Notes: a model not told the origin generated them from the sequence alone. DNA of 63,223 nucleotides, filler included, from an uncultured bacterium (GCA_964543655.1; 5 parts of 5 records of this genome joined end to end with filler, not necessarily neighbours in it); one strand, 5' to 3'. Shown: positions 31,957 through 43,266, counted from the first letter of the whole stretch. Numbers and translations: made by a program.

Positions 31957-32373
31957 ATGCAGAAAAAAAATATATTTAATTACAAGGTTTACTTCGAAGA
32001 TACAGATGCAGGTGGTGTTGTTTATTATGCAAATTATCTAAGGTTTTTAGAAAGAGCACGTACAGACTTTCTTGACCAGTGCGGAATATCTTCAAAAGAA
32101 TTTTACTTAGAAAAAATCTTTTTTGCTGTAAAAAAAATTGAGGTTGAATACATTAAACCATTAATGTATGGAGATTCTTTTATTTGTGAAGTATCTGTTA
32201 TTGAAGTAAAAAATGCAAGCTTTAAACTTCTCTACAAATTATTAAGAGAAAATCAACCAATATTAATAGCAACAACAGTTATTGTTTCAATTAGTGATAA
32301 TTTTAAAGTAATTAAAATTCCTGAAAAATTAAAAACATTTCTTAAGAAAAATTTAACCTTATGGAAGAATTAA
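31957..32373 (+). CDS. YbgC-family acyl-CoA thioesterase
   Basis: VYFEDTDAGGVVYYANYLRFLERART. Confidence 0.9.
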   Translation: MQKKNIFNYKVYFEDTDAGGVVYYANYLRFLERARTDFLDQCGISSKEFYLEKIFFAVKKIEVEYIKPLMYGDSFICEVSVIEVKNASFKLLYKLLRENQPILIATTVIVSISDNFKVIKIPEKLKTFLKKNLTLWKN

Positions 32374-33134
32374 ATATAAATAGTTTACTATACAAAGCTT
32401 CAACAAATAAAGAGATTGAATTTATTCTAAAAAATGTTGTAAAAGCTTCAGATACCATTGTTCGAGAGATAATGATTCCTCGTACTGAAATGGTTGCTGT
32501 TCCTGAAAATATTTCTTTTGCAAAATTAATCAATATTTTTAATAAATATAAATTTTCACGAATACCTGTTTATGAAGAAAAAATTGACAATATCACTGGT
32601 ATTGTTTATTCAAAAGATTTAATTGCGTATAAACTTGATCAAAACAATTTTAATATAAATCAGGTAAAAAAGCCTCCTTTCTTTGTTCCAGAAACTCAAA
32701 AAATTTTATCCCTTTTAAAAGAATTTAAAGATAAAAAAATTCATATTGCTATTGCTATTGATGAGTTTGGTGGAGTATCTGGTTTAGTTACATTAATTGA
32801 TATTGTTGAAGAGATTATAGGTGATTTTCAAGATGAATTTGAAGATGAGGAAAAACCTTTAATCACCAAGCTTGACTCTTGCAAATATCTAATAGACTCT
32901 ATTTGTCCTATTGAAGATATTGAGGAGAAACTTGGGCTGTCCATTCCAGAAGGAGCATATGATACAATAGGTGGCTTTGTTATTAAAGAATTAGGTAGAA
33001 TGCCAGAAAAAGATGAAAAATTAATAAAAGATGAATATGAGATTACTATTAATGAAACCTATGAAAAAGGTATTAAAAATTTAATCTTAAATATTAAACA
33101 GGAGAGGTGTCCGAGTCAGGTTGAAGGAGCGTGA
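32361..33134 (+). CDS. CorC/HlyC-family CBS-domain protein
   Basis: VREIMIPR, FSRIPVY, DEFGGVSGLVT, YDTIGG. Confidence 0.9.
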   Translation: MEELNINSLLYKASTNKEIEFILKNVVKASDTIVREIMIPRTEMVAVPENISFAKLINIFNKYKFSRIPVYEEKIDNITGIVYSKDLIAYKLDQNNFNINQVKKPPFFVPETQKILSLLKEFKDKKIHIAIAIDEFGGVSGLVTLIDIVEEIIGDFQDEFEDEEKPLITKLDSCKYLIDSICPIEDIEEKLGLSIPEGAYDTIGGFVIKELGRMPEKDEKLIKDEYEITINETYEKGIKNLILNIKQERCPSQVEGA

Positions 33135-33189
33135 CTCGAAATCACGTGTAGAAATCTTTCTACCGTGGGTTCAAATCCCACCCTCTCCG
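33101..33189 (+). tRNA. tRNA-Ser (anticodon CGA)
   Basis: Acceptor GGAGAGG/CCTCTCC+G, anticodon arm CGTGA-CTCGAAA-TCACG, long variable arm, T arm GTGGG-TTCAAAT-CCCAC; CCA not encoded. Confidence 0.95.
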
Positions 33190-33202
33190 AAAGGAAGCTA
33201 TT

Positions 33203-33766
33203 ATGGAGATAGATATTGTGCCGTTTCAAGCCAGACTTGAAAGAATTGCTTTTAATAACCATATGCAGATAGTTAATTTTGCTAATATTGAAAAATTGGG
33301 AATCGTTCAGCTCAAACCTTACACAAGAGCAATGGTTATTGGCCAATCTTTTGGCAATGATTTAATGGAAAGATTTAATGAAAATATTTTCAACTATCAT
33401 TTAAAATTAATTAAAGAGCATATATCAAATATTGCCTATAAAATTTTTCATATTCTTTCAATAGAAGGTTACAAATCTTTAATATTACCTCCTCTTTTCC
33501 TATTGGATAATGACTTTTACTCTGACAGCAATAAATATATTGCTAAATTAGCTGGAGTGGGCAATATTGGAAAAAATAATTTTTTCATATCACCAACTTA
33601 TGGTGTAAAGATAGTTATTGCATCAATTTTAACTAATGCACCTTTAGAATTTGACCCTGAATTTAAAATTGATCTATGTAAAAAATGCACAATATGTGAG
33701 AACAATGACTACATTAATTCTATAAAAAAATGCCCTTATGGTAAAGATAAAAAATTTTTAAAATAG
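33203..33766 (+). CDS. Degenerate epoxyqueuosine-reductase-like Fe-S protein
   Basis: AKLAGVGNIGKNN, PTYG..I.IASILTNAPL, CKKCTIC...CPYG. Confidence 0.6.
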   Translation: MEIDIVPFQARLERIAFNNHMQIVNFANIEKLGIVQLKPYTRAMVIGQSFGNDLMERFNENIFNYHLKLIKEHISNIAYKIFHILSIEGYKSLILPPLFLLDNDFYSDSNKYIAKLAGVGNIGKNNFFISPTYGVKIVIASILTNAPLEFDPEFKIDLCKKCTICENNDYINSIKKCPYGKDKKFLK

Positions 33767-33775
33767 GAGGTATAT

Positions 33776-34261
33776 ATGCCAACAGTGTTAATTTCCTACT
33801 CTACTAAAGGTGGCAACACAGAAAAATTAGCAAATGCTATTGCAAAAGGCGTGGAAAGCTTAGAAGGTTTCAAAGCTATTGTAAAAAGAGCCAAAGACAC
33901 AACTACTGATGATCTCGCAAATGCAGATGGAATTATTATAGGCTCACCAGTTTATTTTGGTACTGTTTCAGCTGAAGTAAAAGATTTAATAGATAGAAGT
34001 GTTTCTGTTAGGAGAAAGTTAAAGGATAAAGTAGGTGCTGCGTTTACAACTTCTGGCCACATCACTGGTGGTAAGGAGATAACATTATTGACAATACTCT
34101 CTGCAATGCTCATACATCAAATGATAATTGTTGGTGATCCAATAGAGGCTGGTGGGCATTTTGGAGTGGCATGCACAGGCACACCAAGTAGCGCTGATGA
34201 AACTAATGGTTTTGCTTTAGGAAGCAGGGTAGCTACTATAATTGCAAAATTAAAAAGCTAA
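33776..34261 (+). CDS. Flavodoxin/WrbA-like NAD(P)H-dependent oxidoreductase
   Basis: YSTKGGNTEKLA, GSPVYFG, KVGAAFTT, GGKE. Confidence 0.88.
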   Translation: MPTVLISYSTKGGNTEKLANAIAKGVESLEGFKAIVKRAKDTTTDDLANADGIIIGSPVYFGTVSAEVKDLIDRSVSVRRKLKDKVGAAFTTSGHITGGKEITLLTILSAMLIHQMIIVGDPIEAGGHFGVACTGTPSSADETNGFALGSRVATIIAKLKS

Positions 34262-34282
34262 AAGCATTAAGCTTTTAGCTTT
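34254..34282. terminator. Inverted repeat between convergent genes (possible bidirectional terminator)
   Basis: AAAGCTAAAAGC-ATTAA-GCTTTTAGCTTT. Confidence 0.6.
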
Positions 34283-34475
34283 ATTTAACAGCTTTTTCAA
34301 TTTTTCCAGATTTGATGCATTTGGTGCATACTCTCATTTTTTTTGCACCATTTTCAGTTTTAACTTTAACAGATTGCAGGTTAGGGAGCCATCTCCTCTT
34401 AGTTTTATTGTTTGCATGGCTAACATTATTGCCAACAATAGGGCCTTTTCCACATATTTCGCATTTTTTTGACAT
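34281..34475 (-). CDS. rpmB: 50S ribosomal protein L28
   Basis: [26 protein letters not shown]. Confidence 0.97.
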   Translation of the reverse strand: MSKKCEICGKGPIVGNNVSHANNKTKRRWLPNLQSVKVKTENGAKKMRVCTKCIKSGKIEKAVK

Positions 34476-34548
34476 TGACATCACCTCGTAACTTTATTAT
34501 TAGGAGAGGCTCTTTAGCAGAAAATAAATTTTTTTTCAAGGAAATATT

Positions 34549-35109
34549 TTGAAATTTTTAAAAATTTTTATTTTTTCATTTTTTTTAATAATAATCTTTA
34601 TTACTTCTGAATTAATAATAGAATACGATTCTCTCAATTATCTTCAACTATCTAATAATGCAAAAATTAATAATCAAATAGATATAATTGTTGTACTTAC
34701 AGGCCATAAAGGAAGAATAAAACAAGGTTTTAGATTTTTAAAAAAATTAAACTCAAAAATTTTAATTATAAGTGGAGCTAATCCCAAATCATCCAAAAAT
34801 GATATTTTAACTCCATATGAAAAGTATAAAAATTTATTCAATAGAGTTATTATAGAAAATAGATCCACTAACACCAAAGAAAATGCAGAGCAATTAAAAA
34901 AATTTTTACAAAAATATAATTATCCTTTAAATATACTGATTATTACCTCAACCACTCATTTAAAACGAGCTAAATATATTTTTGAGCATATTTTTAAAAA
35001 TAGTAAAGTAAAATTATATTTTCTACCTGCCCCTGAGAAAATAACATTTAAAAAAATCATTAAAGAAAAAATAAAATATTTTTTGGATTATATACTTTTT
35101 AACTTTTAA
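34549..35109 (+). CDS. YdcF/DUF218 family protein
   Basis: IVVLTG, IISG, ENRSTNTKENA, ITSTTHLKRA. Confidence 0.8.
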   Translation: MKFLKIFIFSFFLIIIFITSELIIEYDSLNYLQLSNNAKINNQIDIIVVLTGHKGRIKQGFRFLKKLNSKILIISGANPKSSKNDILTPYEKYKNLFNRVIIENRSTNTKENAEQLKKFLQKYNYPLNILIITSTTHLKRAKYIFEHIFKNSKVKLYFLPAPEKITFKKIIKEKIKYFLDYILFNF

Positions 35110-35166
35110 AAATATTTTATACAATTCCTTTCACGTAAAACTCCTAATTTTTATTATTAAATTTTC

Positions 35167-35195
35167 TTGACTATTAAAAAATAATGTTTTATAAA
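35167..35195 (+). promoter_or_regulatory. Putative sigma70 promoter of acs
   Basis: TTGACT-17-TATAAA. Confidence 0.5.
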
Positions 35196-35249
35196 AATCA
35201 TATCATTTCTTTATTTAGTTCTAATTAATAAAATTATAAGGGGGAAAAC

Positions 35250-37223
35250 ATGGCAGAAATCTACAAAGATCGTTATCCTGTACCAGAAAAATTTAGGCAA
35301 AAAGCTTACATTAAAAGTAGAGAAGAGTATGAAAAGCTGTACAAAGAATCTATTGAAAACTCTGACGAATTCTGGTCAAAAATTGCAGAGGAGTATGTAA
35401 CATGGTTTGAAAAATGGAGCAAAGTTCAGGACTGGAAGTACAGCAAAGATGAAGTATATGTTAAATGGTTTATTGATGGTAAATTAAACGTTGCTTACAA
35501 CTGCCTTGATAGGCACCTGGAAAAACGAGGTAATCAAACAGCTCTTATCTGGGAAGGTAACGAGCCTACAGAAGACAAATCCTTTACTTATAGAGAATTA
35601 TACGAAGAAGTTTGTAAATGTGCAAATGTTTTAAAATCACTTGGAGTTAAAAAAGGTGACAGGGTATCCATATACCTACCTATGATACCTGAGCTTGTTG
35701 TATCAATGCTTGCTTGTGCAAGGATTGGTGCTGTACATTCAATTGTTTTTGGTGGTTTTTCTGCTGAAGCACTTAGAGATAGAATAGAAGATTGCGAAGC
35801 CAAAGTTCTCATTACATGCAATGGTTACTATAGAGGCAAAAAAGATATCAACCAAAAAGCAAATGCAGATAAAGCTCTTAATTTAGGCTGCCCATCAATA
35901 GAAAAAGTTTTGGTTGTTCCAAGGATTGAGAAAGATAAAATAGACGTATCAATGGAAGATGGTAGAGACTTGTGGTGGGATGAAGAGCTTGCCAAACACC
36001 CTGCTGATTGCCCATACGAAGTAATGGATGCAGAAGATCCTTTATTCATCTTATACACATCTGGTTCCACAGGCAAGCCTAAAGGAGTTTTACATACCAC
36101 AGGAGGTTACCTTGTTTATGTTGCATTTACCCATAAATTAATATTTGATTATCACGATGGTGATATTTATTTCTGTACTGCTGATATTGGCTGGGTTACT
36201 GGTCACAGTTACATTACTTATGGTCCACTTTGCAATGGTGCAATTTCACTTATGTTTGAAGGAGTACCCAACTATCCTACACCTGCAAGATTTTGGGACA
36301 TTGTTGAAAAGCACAAAGTTAACATTTTCTATACTGCACCTACTGCTATTAGAGCATTAATGGCAGCTGGTGATGAATGGGTTGATAGAAATAAATTAAA
36401 AACATTACAATTACTTGGTACTGTTGGAGAGCCTATTAACCCTGAAGCATGGAAATGGTACTACGAAAAAATAGGTGGAGAAGAATGCCCAATAGTTGAC
36501 ACCTGGTGGCAAACTGAAACTGGCGGTATATTAATCACTGGATTACCAGGAGCCATTGATATGAAGCCTGGAATGGCAACAACTCCTTTTTTTGGTGTTG
36601 ATCCTGCTATTGTTGATCCACAAACTGGTGAAATTAAAGAAGGTGCAACTGAAGGTGCTCTTGTTATAAAGAGACCATGGCCTGGCCAGATGAGAGGCGT
36701 ATATGGAGACCCTGATAGATTTAGACAAACATACTTTGTTCAATATGATGGCTACTACTTCTCTGGAGATGGTGCAGAAAGAGATGAAGATTGTGATTAT
36801 AGAATTACAGGTAGAATTGATGATGTTATTAATGTTTCTGGCCATAGATTAGGAACCGCTGAAATAGAAAGTGCTCTTGTTGAGCATGAAGCTGTTGCTG
36901 AAGCAGCAGTTGTTGGCTTTCCACATGAAATTAAAGGTCAGGGCATCTATGCATATGTAATATTAAAGGTTGGAGAGCAGCCTTCAGATGAGCTCAGAAA
37001 AGAGCTTGTTCAACTTGTTAGAAAAATTATTGGTCCAATTGCTACTCCAGATTTTATACAATTTACAGGTGGACTACCTAAAACAAGGTCTGGTAAAATA
37101 ATGAGAAGGATTTTAAGAAAAATTGCTGCTAATGAAGTTGATAAAAAAGCTCTTGGTGATACATCAACCCTTGCTGATCCATCAGTTGTTGATCAACTTA
37201 TTGAAAATAGACTTAACAAATAA
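35250..37223 (+). CDS. acs: Acetyl-CoA synthetase
   Basis: [31 protein letters not shown]. Confidence 0.98.
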   Translation: MAEIYKDRYPVPEKFRQKAYIKSREEYEKLYKESIENSDEFWSKIAEEYVTWFEKWSKVQDWKYSKDEVYVKWFIDGKLNVAYNCLDRHLEKRGNQTALIWEGNEPTEDKSFTYRELYEEVCKCANVLKSLGVKKGDRVSIYLPMIPELVVSMLACARIGAVHSIVFGGFSAEALRDRIEDCEAKVLITCNGYYRGKKDINQKANADKALNLGCPSIEKVLVVPRIEKDKIDVSMEDGRDLWWDEELAKHPADCPYEVMDAEDPLFILYTSGSTGKPKGVLHTTGGYLVYVAFTHKLIFDYHDGDIYFCTADIGWVTGHSYITYGPLCNGAISLMFEGVPNYPTPARFWDIVEKHKVNIFYTAPTAIRALMAAGDEWVDRNKLKTLQLLGTVGEPINPEAWKWYYEKIGGEECPIVDTWWQTETGGILITGLPGAIDMKPGMATTPFFGVDPAIVDPQTGEIKEGATEGALVIKRPWPGQMRGVYGDPDRFRQTYFVQYDGYYFSGDGAERDEDCDYRITGRIDDVINVSGHRLGTAEIESALVEHEAVAEAAVVGFPHEIKGQGIYAYVILKVGEQPSDELRKELVQLVRKIIGPIATPDFIQFTGGLPKTRSGKIMRRILRKIAANEVDKKALGDTSTLADPSVVDQLIENRLNK

Positions 37224-37228
37224 ATTTT

Positions 37229-37254
37229 AAGCGGCTCATTTGAGCCGCTTTTTT
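37229..37254 (+). terminator. Intrinsic terminator after acs
   Basis: AAGCGGCTCA-TT-TGAGCCGCTT then T-run. Confidence 0.85.
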
Positions 37255-37330
37255 ATTCTTCAATAAAATTTACACAAAAACAAATTTAAAACTCTAACAG
37301 CATTTTTTACAAGTGCTTCTACTTACCGCA

Positions 37331-37378
37331 AAAAGCGGTCATTTTGAGGGCATTAGCCCGAAAAATCTCTTGATTTAA
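37331..37378. repeat. Dispersed intergenic repeat, copy 1
   Basis: 43 of 48 positions match 61622-61668. Confidence 0.75.
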
Positions 37379-37382
37379 TGTC

Positions 37383-37482
37383 NNNNNNNNNNNNNNNNNN
37401 NNNNNNNNNNNNNNNNNNNNNNNNNNTTAATTAATTAANNNNNNNNNNNNNNNNNNNNNNNNNNNNNNNNNNNNNNNNNNNN
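37383..37482. other. Artificial contig linker
   Basis: N run with TTAATTAATTAA. Confidence 0.99.
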
Positions 37483-37605
37483 GATAATGTGAACTTGGAA
37501 GTAGAGTTAATAACTCCAGTGGCAATGGAGAAGGAGTTAAGGTTTGCAATAAGGGAAGGTGGAAGGACAGTAGGAGCAGGAGTAGTTACAGAAATAATTG
37601 AATAA
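37483..37605 (+). CDS. tuf: Elongation factor Tu, 3' end only
   Basis: Manual translation [40 protein letters not shown]. Confidence 0.97.
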   Translation, partial: DNVNLEVELITPVAMEKELRFAIREGGRTVGAGVVTEIIE

Positions 37606-37620
37606 TTTGGAGTGATAGCA

Positions 37621-37929
37621 ATGGAAACGCAAAAAATTAAAATTAGAATGAAAGCTTACGACCATAGATTGCTTGATGAATCTGTTAAAAATATTGTAGC
37701 AACTGTTAAGAAAACAGGTGCCAAAATATCAGGTCCAATACCATTACCAACAAGGTTCAAGCGATATACAGTTATCAGGGCACCTCATAAGTATAAAGAT
37801 TCAAGAGAACAATTTGAAATGAGAATACATAAAAGATTAATAGAAATAATAGATCCATCTAAGCAAACTGTTGATGAGTTAATGAAGCTTGATATTCCAG
37901 CAGGTGTTGATGTAGAAATTAAATTATAA
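37621..37929 (+). CDS. rpsJ: 30S ribosomal protein S10
   Basis: [23 protein letters not shown]. Confidence 0.98.
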   Translation: METQKIKIRMKAYDHRLLDESVKNIVATVKKTGAKISGPIPLPTRFKRYTVIRAPHKYKDSREQFEMRIHKRLIEIIDPSKQTVDELMKLDIPAGVDVEIKL

Positions 37930-37953
37930 AATTAAAATAAAAGGTAGAGGACA

Positions 37954-38586
37954 ATGGAAATACAGGGTATAATTGGCAAAAAAATTGGAATGATGGAATA
38001 TTTTTCTCCAGAAGGTAATTTGATACCAGTTACTGTAATACAGGCAGGGCCATGTTATGTTATTCAAAAAAAAGAGGAATCAAAAGATGGTTATAATGCA
38101 GTGCAGCTTGGTTTTGAAACTCAGAAAATACAAAGGGTTAATAAACCATTGTTGGGCCATTTCAAAAAAGCAGGAGCTGGTACTTTTAAATATTTAAAAG
38201 AATTTAAAGTAAAAAGCTTTGATGGAATAGAAGTAGGCAAAGAGATTAAGGTAAGTGAATTGTTTAAAATTGGTGACTTTGTGCATGTTACTGGCAAATC
38301 TAAAGGTAAAGGTTTTGCAGGGGTTGTGAAAAGACACGGTTTTGCTGGTGGAAGAGCATCTCATGGAGCAACAGTTCATAGAAACCCTGGAGCAATTGGT
38401 ATGTCTGCTTATCCAGGGAAAGTTTTAAAAAATAAAAAGATGCCAGGTCATATGGGAAATAAGCAAATTACTGTTAAAAATCTACAAATAGTAGATCTTA
38501 GAGAAGATGATAATCTTATAATGGTTAAAGGAGCTGTGCCAGGACATACTAACAGTATAATTTACATAAAAAAACAGTTTTTCTAA
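37954..38586 (+). CDS. rplC: 50S ribosomal protein L3
   Basis: [20 protein letters not shown]. Confidence 0.98.
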   Translation: MEIQGIIGKKIGMMEYFSPEGNLIPVTVIQAGPCYVIQKKEESKDGYNAVQLGFETQKIQRVNKPLLGHFKKAGAGTFKYLKEFKVKSFDGIEVGKEIKVSELFKIGDFVHVTGKSKGKGFAGVVKRHGFAGGRASHGATVHRNPGAIGMSAYPGKVLKNKKMPGHMGNKQITVKNLQIVDLREDDNLIMVKGAVPGHTNSIIYIKKQFF

Positions 38587-38604
38587 AAAATTGGAGATGA
38601 GGAT

Positions 38605-39222
38605 ATGGTTGTAGATGTTTATAATCTTAATAAAGAAAAAGTTGGTGAAATAGAGCTTAATGAGAACATTTTTAATGGTGAAGTTAAAGAGCATTTAATG
38701 AAAGCTTACGTTGAATACCAGCTTGCAAATAAAAGAAGTGGTAATGCTCATACAAAAACCAGAGGTGAAGTTTCAGGAAGTGGCAAGAAACCATGGAAAC
38801 AGAAAGGAACTGGTAGAGCAAGAGCAGGTACCAGAAAGTCACCTATCTGGCGTGGTGGTGGAATTGTGTTTGGTCCTCGTAAAAGGGAATATAAGATAAA
38901 AATGAATAAAAAAGAGAAAAGGAAAGCCTTGATTTCAAGTCTAAACTATAAATTAAACAATAACAAACTTATCATTATTGATAAATTTGATATTCCAGAA
39001 TTTAAAACCAAATTAGTTGTTAATTTTTTAAATAAATTTGAAATTAATAGTGCTACTTTAATTGATAATGAAAATATAAATTTAAAAATATCAAGTAGAA
39101 ATATTCCAAATATAAAATATCTTGATTATATTGGATTAAATGTATTTGATATTTTAAAATACGATTATCTTATGATTGCTAAGGACTCATTAAGCAAGAT
39201 AGAAGAAAGGCTTATGGTTTAG
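38605..39222 (+). CDS. rplD: 50S ribosomal protein L4
   Basis: KPWKQKGTGRARAG. Confidence 0.98.
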   Translation: MVVDVYNLNKEKVGEIELNENIFNGEVKEHLMKAYVEYQLANKRSGNAHTKTRGEVSGSGKKPWKQKGTGRARAGTRKSPIWRGGGIVFGPRKREYKIKMNKKEKRKALISSLNYKLNNNKLIIIDKFDIPEFKTKLVVNFLNKFEINSATLIDNENINLKISSRNIPNIKYLDYIGLNVFDILKYDYLMIAKDSLSKIEERLMV

Positions 39223-39228
39223 GAGGAT

Positions 39229-39522
39229 ATGTTAATGAAATCTTATTATGATATAATTAAACAACCATTAATTACTGAAAAATTAACAGATTTACAAGAA
39301 TTAGGCCAGAATAAAGTAGGTTTTGTTGTTCACAAAGATGCTACAAAGCCTGAAATTAAAAAAGCTGTTGAACAGATTTTTAATGTTAAAGTTAAAAAGG
39401 TAAATGTTCTCAATGTTAAATCAAAGCCAAAAAGATATGGAAGATTTATTGGTAGAAGGCCAGGATATAAAAAAGCCTATGTAACATTAGAAGAAGGTTC
39501 CAAAATTAATTTCTTAGAATAA
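39229..39522 (+). CDS. rplW: 50S ribosomal protein L23
   Basis: [24 protein letters not shown]. Confidence 0.97.
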   Translation: MLMKSYYDIIKQPLITEKLTDLQELGQNKVGFVVHKDATKPEIKKAVEQIFNVKVKKVNVLNVKSKPKRYGRFIGRRPGYKKAYVTLEEGSKINFLE

Positions 39523-39535
39523 GGGGATACACATT

Positions 39536-40357
39536 ATGGGTGTTAAATTATTTAAACCAACATCACCAGGGATTAGATTTAAGTCAGTTTTAACAAAAGA
39601 AGAAATTACAAAAGATAAACCTGAGAAAAGCCTTGTAGTAACCTTAAATAAAAAAAGTGGAAGAAACAATTATGGAAGAATTACCATACGACACAGAGGT
39701 GGAGGTTACAAAAAGAAATATAGAATAATTGATTTTAAAAGGGATAAATTTAACATTCCAGGTAAAGTTGCATCAATAGAGTATGATCCTAATAGAAGTG
39801 CTAATATAGCTTTAATTAATTATGCTGATGGAGAGAAGAGATACATTCTTGCTCCTTTAAATCTAAAAGTTGGTGATATAGTAGAGTCAGGCCCAAATGC
39901 TGATATTAAAATAGGTAATGCTCTACCTCTTGCTAATATTCCTGTTGGTACAATAGTTCATAATATTGAGCTTACTCCACAGAAAGGTGGACAGCTTGCA
40001 AGGAGTGCAGGAGTTTTTTGCCAATTATCTGGTAAAGAAGGTAAGTATGCAATATTAAAACTCCCTTCAGGTGAAATCAGGAAGGTAAATTTAAAATGTA
40101 TGGCAACAATTGGTCAAGTAGGTAATCTTGACCATGAAAATATATCAATTGGAAAAGCTGGAAGATCTCGATGGATGGGTAAGAGGCCAAGAGTTAGAGG
40201 TGTTGCAATGAACCCTGTTGATCACCCATTAGGTGGTGGAGAAGGTAGATCCTCTGGTGGTAGGCATCCATGTTCACCATGGGGATGGATTACTAAAGGT
40301 CTTAAAACAAGAAAAAATAAAGTTACTGATAAATATATTATTAAGAGGAGAAAATAG
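39536..40357 (+). CDS. rplB: 50S ribosomal protein L2
   Basis: [19 protein letters not shown]. Confidence 0.99.
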   Translation: MGVKLFKPTSPGIRFKSVLTKEEITKDKPEKSLVVTLNKKSGRNNYGRITIRHRGGGYKKKYRIIDFKRDKFNIPGKVASIEYDPNRSANIALINYADGEKRYILAPLNLKVGDIVESGPNADIKIGNALPLANIPVGTIVHNIELTPQKGGQLARSAGVFCQLSGKEGKYAILKLPSGEIRKVNLKCMATIGQVGNLDHENISIGKAGRSRWMGKRPRVRGVAMNPVDHPLGGGEGRSSGGRHPCSPWGWITKGLKTRKNKVTDKYIIKRRK

Positions 40358-40359
40358 TC

Positions 40360-40635
40360 ATGCCAAGATCCTTAAAAAAAGGACCATTTGTTGATTATCA
40401 TGTACTTGAAAAGCTTGAAAAATATGAAAGAGGAAAGAAAATTATCAATACCTATTCAAGAAGATCTACAATAATCCCAGAAATGGTTGGATTTACATTT
40501 GGTGTACATAATGGTAGAAAGTTTATTCCTGTTTTTATTACAGAAGAGATGGTTGGACACAAATTAGGTGAATTTGCACCTACAAGGACATATTATGGAC
40601 ATGGTGCAGATAAAAAAGCTAAAAAGAAAAAGTAG
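40360..40635 (+). CDS. rpsS: 30S ribosomal protein S19
   Basis: [21 protein letters not shown]. Confidence 0.98.
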   Translation: MPRSLKKGPFVDYHVLEKLEKYERGKKIINTYSRRSTIIPEMVGFTFGVHNGRKFIPVFITEEMVGHKLGEFAPTRTYYGHGADKKAKKKK

Positions 40636-40644
40636 GAGTTACCA

Positions 40645-40977
40645 ATGGAAGTTAAAGCGAAATTAAGATATTTGAGGATGTCACCAAGAAAAGTTAGATA
40701 TGTTGTTGACCAAGTTAGAGGAAAAAAAGTAGAAGAAGCCATTGAAATATTAAATCTTGGAAAAAGAGTGGCATGTAAACCTGTAAAAAAGCTTATAAAT
40801 TCAGCTGTGGCAAATGCAATGGAAACAGGGAAGATAGATATAGATAATTTAGTTATTGATAAAATTTTTGTTGATGAAGGACCTGTTTTAAAACGTTACA
40901 GACCAAGAGCAATGGGTAGGGCAACACTTATTAGAAAAAGAACAAGTCATATAACAGTTGTTTTAAAAGAAATATAA
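40645..40977 (+). CDS. rplV: 50S ribosomal protein L22
   Basis: SPRKVR, RPRAMGRA, TSHITV. Confidence 0.98.
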   Translation: MEVKAKLRYLRMSPRKVRYVVDQVRGKKVEEAIEILNLGKRVACKPVKKLINSAVANAMETGKIDIDNLVIDKIFVDEGPVLKRYRPRAMGRATLIRKRTSHITVVLKEI

Positions 40978-40991
40978 AGGGAGGTAGATAA

Positions 40992-41642
40992 TTGGGCCAA
41001 AAAGTTAATCCAATAGGACTAAGACTAAAAATATTAAAAGATTGGGACTCTAAATGGTTTGCTGAGAAAAAGTATACTGAATTTTTGCATGAAGATTTTA
41101 AAATTAAGAAATTTCTCAAAAAGAAACTTTATCATGCTGGAATAGCTAAAATACAAATTGAACGAGCAGCTAATAAGATTAAAATTACAATAAATACTGC
41201 AAGGCCAGGACTTGTTATTGGGAAAAAAGGTGTTGAAATTGAAAAAACAAAAGAAGAGATAAAGAAAAAATTCAATATAGATCCAATTATAAATATTAAT
41301 GAAATAAAAACTCCAGAAACCAATGCTCAGTTAGTTGCTGAAAATGTTGCTTTTCAACTTGAAAGAAGGGTTGCTTTTAGAAGAGCTATGAAGAGAAGTG
41401 TGTCAAATGCAAGGAAGTATGGAGTTGAAGGTATAAAGATAAGTTGTGCTGGTAGATTAGCTGGTGCAGAAATGGCAAGAACAGAGTGGTATAGGGAAGG
41501 GAGAGTTCCACTTCACACTTTAAGAGCAGATATTGATTATGGATTTGCTGAAGCATTAACAACTTATGGAATTATTGGTGTAAAAGTGTGGATTTTTCAT
41601 GGTGAAAAAATACAAAGAGGTGAAGCAAATATTAAGCTTTAG
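40992..41642 (+). CDS. rpsC: 30S ribosomal protein S3
   Basis: [28 protein letters not shown] start. Confidence 0.98.
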   Translation: MGQKVNPIGLRLKILKDWDSKWFAEKKYTEFLHEDFKIKKFLKKKLYHAGIAKIQIERAANKIKITINTARPGLVIGKKGVEIEKTKEEIKKKFNIDPIININEIKTPETNAQLVAENVAFQLERRVAFRRAMKRSVSNARKYGVEGIKISCAGRLAGAEMARTEWYREGRVPLHTLRADIDYGFAEALTTYGIIGVKVWIFHGEKIQRGEANIKL

Positions 41643-41654
41643 GAGAAGATAACA

Positions 41655-42065
41655 ATGTTAATGCCCAAAAAAACAAAATATAGAAAACAACAAAAAGGTA
41701 GAATAAAAGGTATAGCTACAAAAGGAAATGATTTATCATTTGGAGAATATGGACTGCAATCTCTTGAACCTGGTAAAATTAATAACAGACAGATAGAAGC
41801 TGCAAGGATTGCAATCTCAAGACATGCAAAGAGAGGTGGAAAAATGTGGATAAGAATATTCCCACATAAACCTCTTACAAAGAAACCTCTTGAAACAAGA
41901 ATGGGTAAAGGTAAAGGTGCACCTGAAGAATGGGTTGCTGTTGTAAAAAGAGGCACCATGCTTTATGAAATATCAGGTGTTCCAAGAGAAGTTGCTCTTA
42001 CAGCTCTTGAAAGAGCTGCACATAAATTACCTGTTAAAACAAAAATTGTAAGCAGTGAGGATTAA
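41655..42065 (+). CDS. rplP: 50S ribosomal protein L16
   Basis: [15 protein letters not shown]. Confidence 0.98.
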   Translation: MLMPKKTKYRKQQKGRIKGIATKGNDLSFGEYGLQSLEPGKINNRQIEAARIAISRHAKRGGKMWIRIFPHKPLTKKPLETRMGKGKGAPEEWVAVVKRGTMLYEISGVPREVALTALERAAHKLPVKTKIVSSED

Positions 42066-42066
42066 T

Positions 42067-42264
42067 ATGAAGGCATCAGAACTAAGAGAGTTAAATATAC
42101 AAGATTTGAAAAACAAATTAAATGAAGCTAAAAAAGAATATTTTAATTTAAGATTTCAACATTCAACTGGACAACTTGAAAAAACATCAGAGTTAAAGCG
42201 TGTTAGAAGAGATATTGCAAGAATATTAACTATTTTAACTGAAAAATCCAAAGAGGGTAAATAA
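42067..42264 (+). CDS. rpmC: 50S ribosomal protein L29
   Basis: [21 protein letters not shown]. Confidence 0.97.
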   Translation: MKASELRELNIQDLKNKLNEAKKEYFNLRFQHSTGQLEKTSELKRVRRDIARILTILTEKSKEGK

Positions 42265-42266
42265 AG

Positions 42267-42536
42267 ATGAGTGAAGTTGAAAAAAAATCAGGTGGCAAAC
42301 AGTTAGTGGGGATTGTTAGCAGCAATAAAAATGATAAAACTATTGTTGTAAGAGTTGAAAGGCTGCAAAGACATCCTCTATATGGTAAAAGAATTAAAAA
42401 GCATAAAAAATTTATGGCTCATGATCCTAATAATGAATGCAATGTAGGAGATAAAGTTTTAATAAAAGAGAGTAGACCATTAAGCAAACGTAAAAGATGG
42501 CAATTGGTGGAAATTTTAGAAAGAAAAATTATTTAA
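42267..42536 (+). CDS. rpsQ: 30S ribosomal protein S17
   Basis: [22 protein letters not shown]. Confidence 0.98.
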   Translation: MSEVEKKSGGKQLVGIVSSNKNDKTIVVRVERLQRHPLYGKRIKKHKKFMAHDPNNECNVGDKVLIKESRPLSKRKRWQLVEILERKII

Positions 42537-42549
42537 TGAGGTATTAAAG

Positions 42550-42918
42550 ATGATTCAAGTTCAATCTATGTTAAATTCAGCAGATAATAGCGGCGCAAAA
42601 AAGATGATGTGTATAAAGGTTCTTGGTGGAAGTAGAAGAAGATATGCTACAATAGGCGATATTATTGTTGTTTCTGTAAAAGATGCAATACCACATTCAA
42701 AAGTGAAAAAGGGTGATGTATATAAAGCTGTTATTGTAAGAACTCGTAAAGAAATTAGAAGACCTAATGGTACATATATTAGGTTTGATGAAAATGCAGC
42801 TGTTCTTCTGAATAATCAATTTGAACCTGTTGGAACAAGGATTTTTGGACCTGTTGCAAGAGAATTAAGGGCTAAAAATTTTATGAAAATCATATCTCTT
42901 GCACCAGAAGTTTTATAG
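42550..42918 (+). CDS. rplN: 50S ribosomal protein L14
   Basis: [18 protein letters not shown]. Confidence 0.99.
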   Translation: MIQVQSMLNSADNSGAKKMMCIKVLGGSRRRYATIGDIIVVSVKDAIPHSKVKKGDVYKAVIVRTRKEIRRPNGTYIRFDENAAVLLNNQFEPVGTRIFGPVARELRAKNFMKIISLAPEVL

Positions 42919-42929
42919 GGGGAATTTCA

Positions 42930-43244
42930 ATGCATGTAAAAAAAGATGATACAGTGATAGTTTTATCAGGAAAAGATAAAGGGAAAAGTGGAAAAATATT
43001 AAAATCTATACCCAAGAAAAATAGAGTTATTGTTGAAGGTGTGAATATTATTACAAAACATCAAAAGCCAAGCTATGGGAATCCTGAAGGTGGAATTATA
43101 AAAAAAGAAGCACCTATTCATGTTTCTAATGTTTTGCTTTACTGTGATACCTGTAAAAAAGGTGTTAGAACAAGAATGAAAATAGACAAAGAAATGAATA
43201 AAAAAATAAGAATTTGTGTAAAGTGCGGCTATGAATTTGATTAG
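42930..43244 (+). CDS. rplX: 50S ribosomal protein L24
   Basis: GKDKGK, EAPIHVSNV. Confidence 0.98.
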   Translation: MHVKKDDTVIVLSGKDKGKSGKILKSIPKKNRVIVEGVNIITKHQKPSYGNPEGGIIKKEAPIHVSNVLLYCDTCKKGVRTRMKIDKEMNKKIRICVKCGYEFD

Positions 43245-43266
43245 ATTTAAAGGGGGAATATAAATA

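Noticed and set aside
33101-33189. tRNA as an integration site for an island
   Set aside because: No integrase and no duplicated tRNA 3' end seen on the contig
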